64,000 nucleotides of DNA from Longimicrobiales bacterium. GTDB lineage: Bacteria; Gemmatimonadota; Gemmatimonadetes; Longimicrobiales; Gaopeijiaceae. The notes beneath the pieces are model-generated. The model had not been told where the DNA came from. It worked only from the letters and a program-made list of their open reading frames with translations, and ran no database searches. Position 1 is the first letter of the stretch; the number at the start of each line of letters is the position of its first letter. This document shows, one piece after another, positions 1 through 9,805 of the stretch. Location of the stretch: NCBI GenBank assembly GCA_965248195.1, contig CBDFIQ010000002.1:448001-512000 (forward strand), in the 5' to 3' direction. Made by a program: the position numbers and the translations under genes.

Positions 1-1090
1 CGCCGCCGACAATGAGCACCGGATTCGGATTGGGGTCGTAAATCACGACCACTTCGTCCAGCTCCGAGATCTGATCAGGTGTGCCGATCACGACCGGCAC
101 GCTGAGCGGCGAGAGCTCGAGATCCGGCCGCGAGGGCAGGAACCGCCCTCGCTCCCACACGCCGACGATCGAGGCCCCGGTAAACTCGCGCAACCGTGTG
201 TCGCGGATGGTCTGGTCCTGGAACGGCGTGTTGTGCACCGGGAACTCGGCTAGCAGCAGGTGATGGAACTTGCCGATCACATTGGCGCGCGACGTCCCCG
301 CGCTCACCCGGTTAGCGAGGTGCTCGCCGAGTTGGTGGATGAGCGGCAGCACGTGCGTGGCGCCGCTGAGCTCCAGCACGTCGATCGAGTCTTCCGCTTC
401 GGCCAGCGCGACGACGGGCACCGAATCGGACAGCTCGCGCACAGTGAGGACAATGTTGGAGTTGACCGTGTCCGATGCGTTGGCCAGGACGAGGCGAGCC
501 CGTGCGGCTCCGGCGGCTCGATAGGTCTCGACGGAGTCGATCTCGCCTGTGAAGACCGGCACGCCGACATCCTGCATGTGCATCGCAAGGTCGGCGTCAG
601 GCTCGATCACATAGACCGGCACATCCGCCATTTGAAGGTGGCGGATGAGTCCCGGCGCAATTGGATCGTTGGCGCAAATCAAAACGTGACCCGCGAGACC
701 TTCCGGCACCACCTGGAGCGAGCGGATGCGGCTGCGGCTCCGCTGCTCGAGCCACGGGGCGTACACAACTTGGATGAAGAGAAACGGGAGGATGATGAGG
801 AGCAGCACCATGCCGGTCAGCAGCACGAGGGTGCTGAACACGCGGCCCAGGTCGCTCTCGAACGTGATATCACCGAAGCCGAGCGTGCTCATCACGGTGA
901 GCGCCCAATAGACTCCCGTGAACCACGAGTGGTCCTGACCCTCCCGCGCCATGATCGCTTGGAACAGCCAGCCGTAGAGCAAAACGACCGCGACGAGGAG
1001 GACCACGTATTTTACGAACGGCGCAAGCTGCCAGCGCAGTTTGGTTTCCCCCGCGAGCAGCGTGGCCAGATGGGAGCCGGTGGTCTTCAT
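1..1090 (-). CDS. Potassium channel protein with TrkA-N/TrkA-C (RCK) domains; 3' end runs off the window
   Basis: Not in the ORF track. Manual translation from ATG at 1090: MKTTGSHL...WFTGVYWALTVMSTLGFGDITF (pore helix and TxGFGD filter), then HVLICANDP Rossmann-like RCK and TIRDTRLREFTGASIVGVWERG TrkA-C; open to position 1. Confidence 0.9.
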   Translation of the reverse strand, partial: MKTTGSHLATLLAGETKLRWQLAPFVKYVVLLVAVVLLYGWLFQAIMAREGQDHSWFTGVYWALTVMSTLGFGDITFESDLGRVFSTLVLLTGMVLLLIILPFLFIQVVYAPWLEQRSRSRIRSLQVVPEGLAGHVLICANDPIAPGLIRHLQMADVPVYVIEPDADLAMHMQDVGVPVFTGEIDSVETYRAAGAARARLVLANASDTVNSNIVLTVRELSDSVPVVALAEAEDSIDVLELSGATHVLPLIHQLGEHLANRVSAGTSRANVIGKFHHLLLAEFPVHNTPFQDQTIRDTRLREFTGASIVGVWERGRFLPSRPDLELSPLSVPVVIGTPDQISELDEVVVIYDPNPNPVLIVGG

Positions 1091-1105
1091 GCAGATATGT
1101 TAATA

Positions 1106-1310
1106 GCTGTATCACAACCTGTATCATCGCCGGCGAGCGCTGGCCAGCGCCCACGAGCGCAGAATCGGCCAAATCCCCCTATTTCCAGCGCTCACGAGCG
1201 CTCGGCTCATATCTGATAAGCGTGAGGTTGGTAGTTCGAGTCTTCCCCGGCCCACTTCATAAGCATTAGCCCCGCAAGGCTTTACGGTCGGCGAGGCTTC
1301 GCTGTATCAG
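1106..1310 (+). repeat. att-like site A: CTGTATCA direct repeats, 10-bp-phased AGCGC repeats, degenerate tRNA-Ile 3' half, hairpin, further CTGTATCA
   Basis: gctgtatcacaacctgtatca (1106-1126); AGCGC every 10 nt; ctgataagcgtgaggttggtagttcgagtcttccccggcccac (1213-1255); hairpin 1268-1298; ctgtatca at 1302. Confidence 0.75.
1213..1255 (+). pseudogene. tRNA-Ile(GAT) 3' fragment, degenerate copy
   Basis: Anticodon loop CTGATAA followed by GCGTGAGGT and T-loop GTTCGAGT; no D-arm or 5' acceptor strand; near-match to 16732-16774. Confidence 0.8.
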
Positions 1311-1422
1311 TAAAGGTGTGGCGGAATATCACTGGCCGTAGCAAGAGGGGGTCGCAGAAGCTCTCCGCTACTGGTTGCCCGAACGACGCTGTGATGCCTT
1401 AACGGCCGCCCTGCCCAGCCGG

Positions 1423-2433
1423 CTAGTGAGCGTCCGACCCGAGGAAGCGGATCAGCTCGGCGTTCACGATCTCCGGCACCTCTTCGTGCGGGTTGTGGCC
1501 GACGCCGGGGATCAGGAAGACTTCGGCGTTGGAGAGAACGTCCACCGCGTGCCGTGCGTTCTCAGGAAAGTTGGGTCCGTCCATCTCTCCGCCGAGGATC
1601 AGCGTCTTCGTGTGGATGTGGGGCCAGTCGTCCACGACCGTATCCATCCCGCGCAAGTTGCCACCGAGCGACCGCACATAGGCCAGCCGCGGCCAGTCGC
1701 CGCTGAGGCTTTGGCCGTACCGGATACGAATGTGATCGATGAACTCGGGTTTCCAGTTCACGTAGCGGCGCACATCCGTGCGAACCGCTGATTCGTACAC
1801 GCTCTGCGGGTCCGGCTCCGCCTTGATCTCCCCGGTGAAGGGCCGATAGCCCCGTCCTGCGCGGCGGTCGGTCAGGCCGATCTGGTTGACCGTCACGAGG
1901 TGCGTCGTCATCTCCGGATATAGGAAGGCGAAGCGGGTGGCCATCTGGCCGCCGATCGAGTGGCCGACGATGGCTGCCAGGGAGATCCCCAGGTGCTCCA
2001 GGAGTTGCGCCGTGTTGGAAGCGTGCAAGCTCATGCTGTACGGAAGGATGGGCTTGGAGGACTTGCCCCACCCGAGCCGGTCCTTCACGACGACCCGATA
2101 CCCTTCGCTACGAAGAGCCTCGATCTGCTCCTTCCAGTACCACCCGTAGTAGCTCCCTCCGTGGAGGAGTACGACAGTCCGACCGTTCGGCGGCCCGACC
2201 GGCGACACGTCCATGTACGCGATCCGGACGTCCTGGCCAAATAGCTGCAAGTTCAGGAACTCTACGGGATGCGGGTAGGAGATCTCCTCCATATTGATCG
2301 AGATGGGACCCCAGTCCGCTGGCGGCTGGGCCGGCGGCGACTGAGCCTCGAGCACGGCGGGGCTGACCCCCGAGGCCACTGACAGCGAAAGCACCGCAAC
2401 GAGGCGTGGGGCCCATCTACGTGCGTTGGTCAT
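1423..2433 (-). CDS. Secreted alpha/beta hydrolase
   Basis: HGG oxyanion motif, GHSIGG nucleophile elbow, GHNPH catalytic His; signal peptide; GGAGG RBS upstream of 2433/2436. Confidence 0.9.
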   Translation of the reverse strand: MTNARRWAPRLVAVLSLSVASGVSPAVLEAQSPPAQPPADWGPISINMEEISYPHPVEFLNLQLFGQDVRIAYMDVSPVGPPNGRTVVLLHGGSYYGWYWKEQIEALRSEGYRVVVKDRLGWGKSSKPILPYSMSLHASNTAQLLEHLGISLAAIVGHSIGGQMATRFAFLYPEMTTHLVTVNQIGLTDRRAGRGYRPFTGEIKAEPDPQSVYESAVRTDVRRYVNWKPEFIDHIRIRYGQSLSGDWPRLAYVRSLGGNLRGMDTVVDDWPHIHTKTLILGGEMDGPNFPENARHAVDVLSNAEVFLIPGVGHNPHEEVPEIVNAELIRFLGSDAH

Positions 2434-2632
2434 CATTCCTCCGTGGGGCATGGTTCGGCCGACGGGACGCGTAGCAATCGCTTGGCGGTGCCGGCGCGAA
2501 GGCCGGTGATAATAACAGCCTGTTCTTGGACGAGCGAGAGCATCGGGGGCGGACAACACGGCGAATATGGGCACGGTTACAACCTCGACCGCCGCGTCTT
2601 CGTGGAAGGCGTGGTGATCGTAGGGGTCTCCA

Positions 2633-2684
2633 TTGACAAGCTCCTGGGGGCTGCGCTACTCTGCACTCATCATGTGATGGGAGT
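2633..2684 (+). promoter_or_regulatory. Putative sigma70 promoter and palindromic operator of padR
   Basis: TTGACA (2633-2638), 18 nt spacer, TACTCT (2657-2662); CATCA-TG-TGATG inverted repeat just upstream of the padR start. Confidence 0.5.
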
Positions 2685-2690
2685 GGCTCC

Positions 2691-3020
2691 ATGGGCGCAT
2701 CCGGCAGTCTTCTTCAGGGCACCGTCGATGTCCTGATTCTCAAGACCCTCCAACACAGCCCCATGCACGGCTATGCGGTGTCCCGCTTGATTCGCGAGCG
2801 GACGGAGGGGGTGGTCGGCCTCGATGATGCGGCCCTCTACCAAGCATTGCACCGGCTGGCGTCAAAGGGCTGGGTCGAAGCGGAATGGGGCCTCTCAGAG
2901 AACAACCGGCGCGCTAAGTACTACCAGGTGACCCCGAAGGGCCACAAGCAGCTCCAAGCTGAAGCAGCGGCCTGGCGCCGTTACGCGACGGCCGTCCTCA
3001 GTGTTTTGGATCAAGCCTGA
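2691..3020 (+). CDS. PadR family transcriptional regulator (Acidobacterial type)
   Basis: LLQGTVDVLILKTL...HGYAV...LYQALHRL...WGLSENNRRAKYY. Confidence 0.95.
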   Translation: MGASGSLLQGTVDVLILKTLQHSPMHGYAVSRLIRERTEGVVGLDDAALYQALHRLASKGWVEAEWGLSENNRRAKYYQVTPKGHKQLQAEAAAWRRYATAVLSVLDQA

Positions 3021-3029
3021 GGAGCTGCA

Positions 3030-5771
3030 ATGTCTCGCATCTCGGGTCTACGCCGCATCTTCCGCTTCCCGTGGCGCACGGCCAGCCAGATCGAGCAAGA
3101 GGTCGACGCCGAGTTGCGTTTCCATCTGGACAGGCGCGCCGAGGAACTGGTCGAGCAGGGGATGACCCCGGAGGCGGCACGCCGGGAGGCGGTGCGGCAG
3201 TTCGGCGACCTGGCCTACACGCGTCAGTACTGTCGCGCGCTGGACGGGCGGACGGAACAGAAGGTGAGACGGACGACGCTTTTGGACGAGTTCCTGCACG
3301 ACGTGCGCTACGGCGTCCGCATGTTGGCCAAGAACCCCGGCTTCACGACCGTCGCGGTCGGCTGCCTTGCCGTCGGGATCGCCGCCAACACGGCCATGTT
3401 CAGTTTGGTCAACGCGGTATTGCTCCGACCCCTCCCCGTCGAGCAGCCGGACCAGCTCGTACGGCTGTGGCAGACCAGGAACGGAACCTTGAGGTTCGGA
3501 CAGATTGCCTATTCGAGCTACGAGCTCTATCGGGACAACAACGACTCGTTCACCGGGCTTACAACTCAAAGCCCGGCGATTTTCAACGTGAGCGGGCGAG
3601 ATCGCAGCGCACGAGTGTACGGCGCCGTGGTCACCGGCAACTACTTCTCCCTGCTCGGAGTGACGCCCGCACTCGGCCGCGGGTTCCTGCCCGAAGAGGA
3701 TCAGACACCTGGCACCCATCCCGTCGCGGTGATAAGCCACGGCCTCTGGCAACGCCATTTCGGTGCCTTTCCCGAGATCGTGGGGGAGCCGCTGATCTTG
3801 AACGGCCATCCTTTCACCGTGGTCGGTGTCGCCCCGGCGGGCTTCACCGGCACGCGAATTGGCCAGCAATTCAACGTTTGGGTGCCTCTCGCAATGCACG
3901 CTCAGGCCAAGCCGAGGTCGGCCAGGGGGTTCGGAACCTGGCTCTACGGTCTCATCGGGCGTCTCGAGCCAGGCGTCAGCCTCGAACAGGCACAGGCCGA
4001 AATGACGACCCTGGCGCGCCAACTCGAGCAGGCCAGTCCCGCCGAGAACAAGGGGATCGGGATCCTCATAGTGCCGGAGATCAGGCACAACCCTTACGTC
4101 ATGGCGACCTACCGTAACTTCGCCGCTTTCATCATGTGTGCGGTTGCGCTCGTGATGTTGATTGCCTGCGCCAACGTGGCCACCATGTTGCTGGCCAGGG
4201 CCATGGCTCGACGCAAGGAGATCGCCATCCGTTTGGCGTTGGGCGCTAGCCGGGGCCGTCTGATCCGCCAACTCCTGTCGGAGTGCGCACTGCTTGCGGC
4301 GGCAGCTAGTGCCCTGGGTCTCGCTTTCGGGTACTGGGGCGCGAAGATACTCCTGAGGCCCTTGGTGGGCCCCGGCGGCTGGCTTGAGACGTTGGACTTG
4401 ACGCCCGATGTCCGCGTGCTCGGATTCACTCTGGTCACTTCGCTGCTAACGGTGATCCTGTTCGGCCTGACGCCGGCGATGCGCGCCTCCCGGCCGAGCT
4501 TGATTCCGGCACTTAAGAACTCCGCAACGACGGTACGCGAGGGGAGGTCTCGCTTACGAGACCTCCTGGTGGCAAGCCAGGTCGGTCTGTCTCTCGTTCT
4601 TCTGATTGGCGCAGGCTTGTTCGTGCGGTCAGCGCATCACCTGAGTGAAATCGATCCGGGATTCGACGCCGATAGGGTGCTCATGGCGCCCATCGATCTG
4701 GCAACTCAGGGATACGACGAGACTCGGGCCAGGGCCTTTTATGAAGAGCTCCGCGAACGACTCGAGGCAATCCCTGGTGTCGAAGCGGTAAGTTTGGCGT
4801 TTCTTGATCCCGCCACCCTGGGTGACGTTAACGGCGGCGCTCCGTTGTTGACACCGCTGGTCGAGGGACAAGAGCCCGCCCCGGAAGAACGTCGCAAGGG
4901 AGTGCCCTTCACCCTGGTGGCAAGCGATCACTTCCGCACGATGGGCATTCCGCTTTTCTTGGGTCGCGACTTCAGCGCCGCCGACCGGGCCGCCGACGCT
5001 AGCGTCATCATCGTCAGCGAGACGATGGCGCGCCATTTTTGGCCCGGTGAGAACCCAGTAGGGAGCCGGCTGACGATCTCCGCAGCGCGGTCCGATTTCA
5101 ACTTCGTTGGCCGTACCGCTGAAGTCGTGGGGGTGGCGAAAGACAGGCCGGTAAATTTCTACCCGATTCTGGAGAATCCCGAGCCTCTCATCTACCTGCC
5201 CCTTTACTGGCACCCGGAGGCAGGGATCGAGTTTGTCTTGTGGCCCCACATCCGGACGGCTGGCGATCCTGTCGCTGCGGGGGTGGCGTTCCGGCAACAA
5301 GTAGCAGCCATCGACGAGCATCTTCCGCCGCCCGAGGTCAAGACGGCTGCGGAGTCCATCAGATTGAGCTTCGCTGACCAGCGGATCCTGGTGATCTTCA
5401 CCGTTACATTCGGTGGGCTCGCGCTCTTGCTTGCAGCCATTGGTGTGTACGGAGTGATGTCGCACTCCGCTTCCCAGCGCACGCACGAGATCGGCATCCG
5501 CATGGCCCTGGGTGCCCAGTCGCGGGACGTGCTCGCCCTCGTGATGAGGGAGGGCATGGTGACGACCCTGATAGGCGTGGCCATCGGGGTCGGTGCCGCC
5601 TTTGGGGTGACGCGTCTGATGGCCAGTCAGCTCCACGGCGTGACGGCCACAGATCCAGCCACGTTCGCCGCGGTGACCGTGGGGCTGACAGGCGTAGCAC
5701 TGCTCGCCTGCTACATCCCCACCCGCCGCGCGACGAAGGTGGACCCGCTGGTCGCGCTGCGGTCTGAGTGA
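3030..5771 (+). CDS. ADOP family duplicated MacB/FtsX ABC permease
   Basis: EVDAELRFHL permease prefix, LLIACANVA-like motif, two EIxIRxALGA motifs, C-terminal VDPLVALRSE; follows PadR. Confidence 0.95.
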   Translation: MSRISGLRRIFRFPWRTASQIEQEVDAELRFHLDRRAEELVEQGMTPEAARREAVRQFGDLAYTRQYCRALDGRTEQKVRRTTLLDEFLHDVRYGVRMLAKNPGFTTVAVGCLAVGIAANTAMFSLVNAVLLRPLPVEQPDQLVRLWQTRNGTLRFGQIAYSSYELYRDNNDSFTGLTTQSPAIFNVSGRDRSARVYGAVVTGNYFSLLGVTPALGRGFLPEEDQTPGTHPVAVISHGLWQRHFGAFPEIVGEPLILNGHPFTVVGVAPAGFTGTRIGQQFNVWVPLAMHAQAKPRSARGFGTWLYGLIGRLEPGVSLEQAQAEMTTLARQLEQASPAENKGIGILIVPEIRHNPYVMATYRNFAAFIMCAVALVMLIACANVATMLLARAMARRKEIAIRLALGASRGRLIRQLLSECALLAAAASALGLAFGYWGAKILLRPLVGPGGWLETLDLTPDVRVLGFTLVTSLLTVILFGLTPAMRASRPSLIPALKNSATTVREGRSRLRDLLVASQVGLSLVLLIGAGLFVRSAHHLSEIDPGFDADRVLMAPIDLATQGYDETRARAFYEELRERLEAIPGVEAVSLAFLDPATLGDVNGGAPLLTPLVEGQEPAPEERRKGVPFTLVASDHFRTMGIPLFLGRDFSAADRAADASVIIVSETMARHFWPGENPVGSRLTISAARSDFNFVGRTAEVVGVAKDRPVNFYPILENPEPLIYLPLYWHPEAGIEFVLWPHIRTAGDPVAAGVAFRQQVAAIDEHLPPPEVKTAAESIRLSFADQRILVIFTVTFGGLALLLAAIGVYGVMSHSASQRTHEIGIRMALGAQSRDVLALVMREGMVTTLIGVAIGVGAAFGVTRLMASQLHGVTATDPATFAAVTVGLTGVALLACYIPTRRATKVDPLVALRSE

Positions 5772-5837
5772 TATGAAGGGCGCCACTGCGAATCGAACCG
5801 TGAGCAGGCACCTTTGGACCGGAAGGGGAGCCCACCG

Positions 5838-6437
5838 ATGCACGACTTGAGCCGGAAGATTGTCTGCGCCCTACTTCCCTTAGTTGTCCTTGTTTTCGCT
5901 GCCTGTGCGCACACCACCGAAGCCCCGATGACCACCGACCTTGGCAACCAGACCCGCCCTGCGATCTCGGGCGACCCCATTGTGTGGATGGACAACCGAA
6001 GCGGGCTCGATCATATCTTCATTTTCGACTTTGCCGCCGGCACCGCGACCTGGATCACCACCGACCCGAACCACGAAGAACCTCCGGCGATCTCCGGCGA
6101 CCGGGTCGTATGGCAGGACGGCCGAAAGGCACCCCCGGTGGGTAGCGGTGCCCCTGGTATCTTCCTGTTCGAGACATGGTCTGTCATCCACGCCCCCTTG
6201 GAGCTCATTGTCGACAAGGTCGACCAGTTCGTTAGCGAGGGCTTGATAACCGACCCGGGAATTGCCGAAGCCCTTCACCGCTTGTTGGACCAGGCCGCCG
6301 CATTTAGAGATCACGGCAACACCAAAGCCGCAACCGCGACCCTTAACACGTTCATCAGACTTGTCAGTAGGCAGTCCGGAACGGACATTGACCCAGCCGC
6401 CGCCCAGATACTCATCGGGACTTACTGCTGTCACTGA
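5838..6437 (+). CDS. Lipoprotein with two beta-propeller repeats and a FIMAH-like C-terminus; possibly internally deleted
   Basis: Lipobox FAAC; repeats PAISGDPIVWMDNR and PAISGDRVVWQDGR; C-terminal AATATLNTFIRLVSRQSG...IDPAAAQILI. Confidence 0.6.
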   Translation: MHDLSRKIVCALLPLVVLVFAACAHTTEAPMTTDLGNQTRPAISGDPIVWMDNRSGLDHIFIFDFAAGTATWITTDPNHEEPPAISGDRVVWQDGRKAPPVGSGAPGIFLFETWSVIHAPLELIVDKVDQFVSEGLITDPGIAEALHRLLDQAAAFRDHGNTKAATATLNTFIRLVSRQSGTDIDPAAAQILIGTYCCH

Positions 6438-6685
6438 ACTCATGCCTCCGACAGCCGCCGACGCTAGCACACAACGGCCGACCCAGGCTCCGGTCCTGTT
6501 GCAATATTCGGGCGAACCTCGGCTGGGGAGCTGGACGCCCGTCCACGGACTCTCAAACCGAAGGTTCGAACGCCTCGATTGAGGAGCAAACCTCGGTGAC
6601 GGTAGTATCGTCGTGAGGAAAAATGATGTTGACCTCTCCCGTCACTGCGGGGATGCGCACCCTCCATTGGTGATCGATTGCCGGG

Positions 6686-8061
6686 GGTCAAGTCCCGATT
6701 TGTGTGTAAAAGCGGAGGAAGCTCCTCGCCTTCGGCTAGGCTGCTTGGGCGACCTCCTGTTTCTGGAGGAGTGAGAGGTCGAGGTAACGCCGGTCGCCCC
6801 AGACGTGTGTGGTCCTGAGTGCGACGGCCGTGATGAGCCTGAGGGCGCTGGCCCGGTCCGGGAAGGCGCCGGCGGCCTTGATCCTGCGTTTGATCTCGCC
6901 GTGCAGCCGCTCGAGGCTGTTGGTGGTACGCAGCCGGGGCCAGTGCGCCTCGGGGAACGCGTAGAACTGCGTCGCTGCCCCGAAGCCCCGCTCCAGGACC
7001 TCCACGGCCTCGGGCAGCTCCTTCTTCCAGCGTGCGCCGAACTCGCCCAGGAGCTTCTTCGCCTCGGCGAGTCCGGATGTCTGGAAGATCACCGAGACCT
7101 CACGCGCCACGCGCTTGCGTAGGCGGTGGGGGACCCTCGCCCCCACATTACGCTGCAGATGGACCGTACACCTCTGACGGCGTGCCTCGGGCAGGAAGCG
7201 GCGGACCGCAGCTGCCAGGCCTGCGTGCTCATCGGCGATCACGAGCTCGACACCGCCGAGGCCGCGGTCCTGGAGTTGCTCGAGGAGCTCCGACCAGCTC
7301 TGCTGCGACTCCTCAGCGCCCAGCGTGACGGCCAGGAGCCGTCGGTGACCCTCAGGGCCCACTGCATACGCCACGAGCGCACTCACGTTCTCGACTTTGC
7401 GGGCCCAGCGGGCGTCCAAGAACGTGGCGTCCAGGTACAGATAGGGGTGAGGCCCCTCGATCGGCGCACGGCGCAGCCCTTCCACGGCCTCGTCGAGCCG
7501 TTTTGCCACACGACTCACCGTCGAGCGCCCAACACGCTCGCCCATCAGCGCCTCGGTGACGTCGCCCATCTTGCGCTGTGACACGCCGCTCACATACGCC
7601 TCGACCATCATCTCGTCGAGCTCGGGGCTCCTGCGCTGGTAGCGGCCGATCACGTCGGCCGGCGAACCGTTGTCCCGGCTCCGGGGCATGGCGACCTCGA
7701 TCTGCCCCAGGCTCGTCAGCAGCCGCCTCAGGTATGTGCCGTTCCTATGGTCCTTCCGGCTTCCCACCCGCTCGAAGCGGCGTGCACCTACCATGGCCTT
7801 CAGCTCCTCTTCCAGCACCATCTCGAGCGTCAGCCGGATCGCGCCTTGAAACAGCTCGCGCAAATCATCGCGTAGCTCGTCTTGCGTGGCCCGACCGATC
7901 TCCACAATCTCTTGCATCGGAAGCTCCTCTCCGGTTCCGAGCCTGCTCTGCAGACCCGGACTCCCGGGTTCATGTGACAGTGAACAACAACAGAGGAGCT
8001 TCCGTTTTTCTTTCCCTCCTGTCCAGCTTATCCGCTTTTACACAAATCTAGGGACACTACC
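6686..8061 (-). mobile_element. IS256-family insertion sequence, copy 1 (1376 bp)
   Basis: Imperfect ~31-bp terminal inverted repeats (ggtcaagtcccgatttgtgtgtaaaagcgga / ggtagtgtccctagatttgtgtaaaagcgga); 9-bp TSD ATTGCCGGG at 6677-6685 and 8062-8070. Confidence 0.95.
6736..7917 (-). CDS. IS256 family transposase
   Basis: RNGTY..R, YLDA, IADEHAGL, QRCTVH, RTTNSLER..EIKRR. Confidence 0.97.
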   Translation of the reverse strand: MQEIVEIGRATQDELRDDLRELFQGAIRLTLEMVLEEELKAMVGARRFERVGSRKDHRNGTYLRRLLTSLGQIEVAMPRSRDNGSPADVIGRYQRRSPELDEMMVEAYVSGVSQRKMGDVTEALMGERVGRSTVSRVAKRLDEAVEGLRRAPIEGPHPYLYLDATFLDARWARKVENVSALVAYAVGPEGHRRLLAVTLGAEESQQSWSELLEQLQDRGLGGVELVIADEHAGLAAAVRRFLPEARRQRCTVHLQRNVGARVPHRLRKRVAREVSVIFQTSGLAEAKKLLGEFGARWKKELPEAVEVLERGFGAATQFYAFPEAHWPRLRTTNSLERLHGEIKRRIKAAGAFPDRASALRLITAVALRTTHVWGDRRYLDLSLLQKQEVAQAA

Positions 8062-8667
8062 ATTGCCGGGGGGTCACAAACCCCCACACTCCCGCCGCCG
8101 ACGTTGGAGTCGATCCAGAGGTAGACATCGTATCGCTGGCCAGACACCAGTGACCCTCTAAAGCTGAAGCCGACGTTGTCCTGCGACGGATCAGGGATTA
8201 CGTGGGTGCTGCCCAGCGACTCACTCAACGGGCCATCGATGCGCCACCTGCGGACCGTCAACATGTCACCAGCGTGAGGACCCTGGAAGCTCGCGTCGCC
8301 CGTAAAGGTCATCTCAAACCGGACGTCGCTGGGGTCGGTGGGGGTGTCGCAAGCCCCTAGTGCGACGAGCAGGCCTATGCAAAAGCTCATTACGAAGGGC
8401 TGAATGAGCGCCACGACCGACCGTCGCATACCAGAGCCAAATTTCTTCATTTTTCTTTCCCTTGCCGTTACGGAACGCATCTTGCCCGTACCGTCCACAT
8501 CGCAGGCTGTCAGAAGTACGTCGGATTATGACTTATAACGACACACTAGAGTTGTACTACCAAGAGTCAGGTGGCGTGTAGCGTGGAGTTCGCCGTTGCC
8601 ATCACCCACACGGCCTTCGGCACCCAGCGCGGTGAGCCCGGGCAGGTATGGAACGGGTACCAGTAGC

Positions 8668-9165
8668 TTAATAGTGCGGCAGCCGTGGTCGCAGGACGCC
8701 GTAGAGCCAGGTCCCGAAAAGTGCGCTAAGGAGCACGACTCCATAGACTGTGACGCCATTTCCCATGAGGGCGAGGATGGGCCCCGGACAGGCGCCGGCC
8801 AGGGCCCAGCCCAGGCCGAAGAGCGTCCCGCCGATCCAGTACCGATAGCCTCTCCGACCAAGTTCCTTGGGTGGGACCACGATTTCGTCGCCCCGGACGG
8901 TCCGGACCTGGCGGGACTTGATGAGCGCCACCGAGGCCATCGCTACCGCCACGGCAGTGGCGATAACCCCGTACATGTGGAACGATTGGAATCGAAACAT
9001 CTCCTGGATGCGAAACCACGACACCACCTCGCCCTTGGTGGCCACGATGCCGAAGTACGTCCCGATGGCGAGATAGACGCCGAGGCCCGGGCCGCTCAGG
9101 GGCCGGGCTCGTGCCAGGCCGGTCGAGGCTTGGGCGGGCAGTGGAGTCGTCTCGCGGCTTGTCAT
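8668..9165 (-). CDS. YeeE/YedE (DUF6691-like) sulfur/thiosulfate transport membrane protein, second half
   Basis: SWFRIQEMFRFQSFHMYG; GGTLFGLGWALAGACPGP. Confidence 0.9.
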   Translation of the reverse strand: MTSRETTPLPAQASTGLARARPLSGPGLGVYLAIGTYFGIVATKGEVVSWFRIQEMFRFQSFHMYGVIATAVAVAMASVALIKSRQVRTVRGDEIVVPPKELGRRGYRYWIGGTLFGLGWALAGACPGPILALMGNGVTVYGVVLLSALFGTWLYGVLRPRLPHY

Positions 9166-9174
9166 CTTGAGCCG

Positions 9175-9732
9175 TCAGAACAGAAGCGGGAGGATGACCC
9201 AAGTGGCCAGCAGGCCACCGGCGAAGAACCCCAGGACGGCCAGGAGCGACGGCAGCTGCAGGTTGGCTAGGCCCGAGATGGCATGCCCCGAGGTACACCC
9301 GCCAGCGTATCGGGCGCCGAAGCCCACCAGGAAGCCGCCGATGACGATCATCACGAAGCCCGGTACGGTGGCCAGGCCTTCCCAGCTGAAGACTTGGGCG
9401 GGCGCCAAACCCTCGAGCGTCGTCACGCCCATGACCTCGAGAGCGGCCGTGGTGGCGTCGGAGACGACGAGGGGGTCCGGCGAGGCCAGGACGGTTCCAG
9501 CGACCGCTCCGCCCAGCACGATGCCCAAGGCGAAAGTCAGATTCCATAGCCCTGTCGCCTTCCAATCGTATCGGAAGAAGTCGTTTCGCGTCGGGAGCAC
9601 CGCTGCACAGATATGCCGCAGGTTCTCGGACACGCCGAACTCGCCGCCAGCCCAGAGGAGCAGGGGGACCACTAGTCCAATGAGAGGGCCGGCCACATAC
9701 CACGGCCACGGTTCAGAAAGCAGCTCGAGCAT
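9175..9732 (-). CDS. YeeE/YedE family protein, first half
   Basis: PWPWYVAGPLIG; GGFLVGFGARYAGGCTSGHAISG; start corrected to ATG 9732 because the track ORF extends into the IS. Confidence 0.9.
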   Translation of the reverse strand: MLELLSEPWPWYVAGPLIGLVVPLLLWAGGEFGVSENLRHICAAVLPTRNDFFRYDWKATGLWNLTFALGIVLGGAVAGTVLASPDPLVVSDATTAALEVMGVTTLEGLAPAQVFSWEGLATVPGFVMIVIGGFLVGFGARYAGGCTSGHAISGLANLQLPSLLAVLGFFAGGLLATWVILPLLF

Positions 9733-9805
9733 CGCATCCCGTAAGGTCAGAGGTCGACGCCGCCCGCAAGGGAATGGCACAGTGGCGCGTTTGGCACCGC
9801 CAGGC

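Larger units (their letters stand above)
6553..8450 (-). pseudogene. Lipoprotein gene interrupted by IS256 copy 1
   Basis: 5' part MKKFGS...LGAC...GVCDPPA ends at the IS. Removing the IS and one TSD gives the in-frame continuation IDHQWRVRIPAVTGEVNIIFPHDDTTVTEVCSSIEAFEPSV* (stop 6553-6555). Confidence 0.85.
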
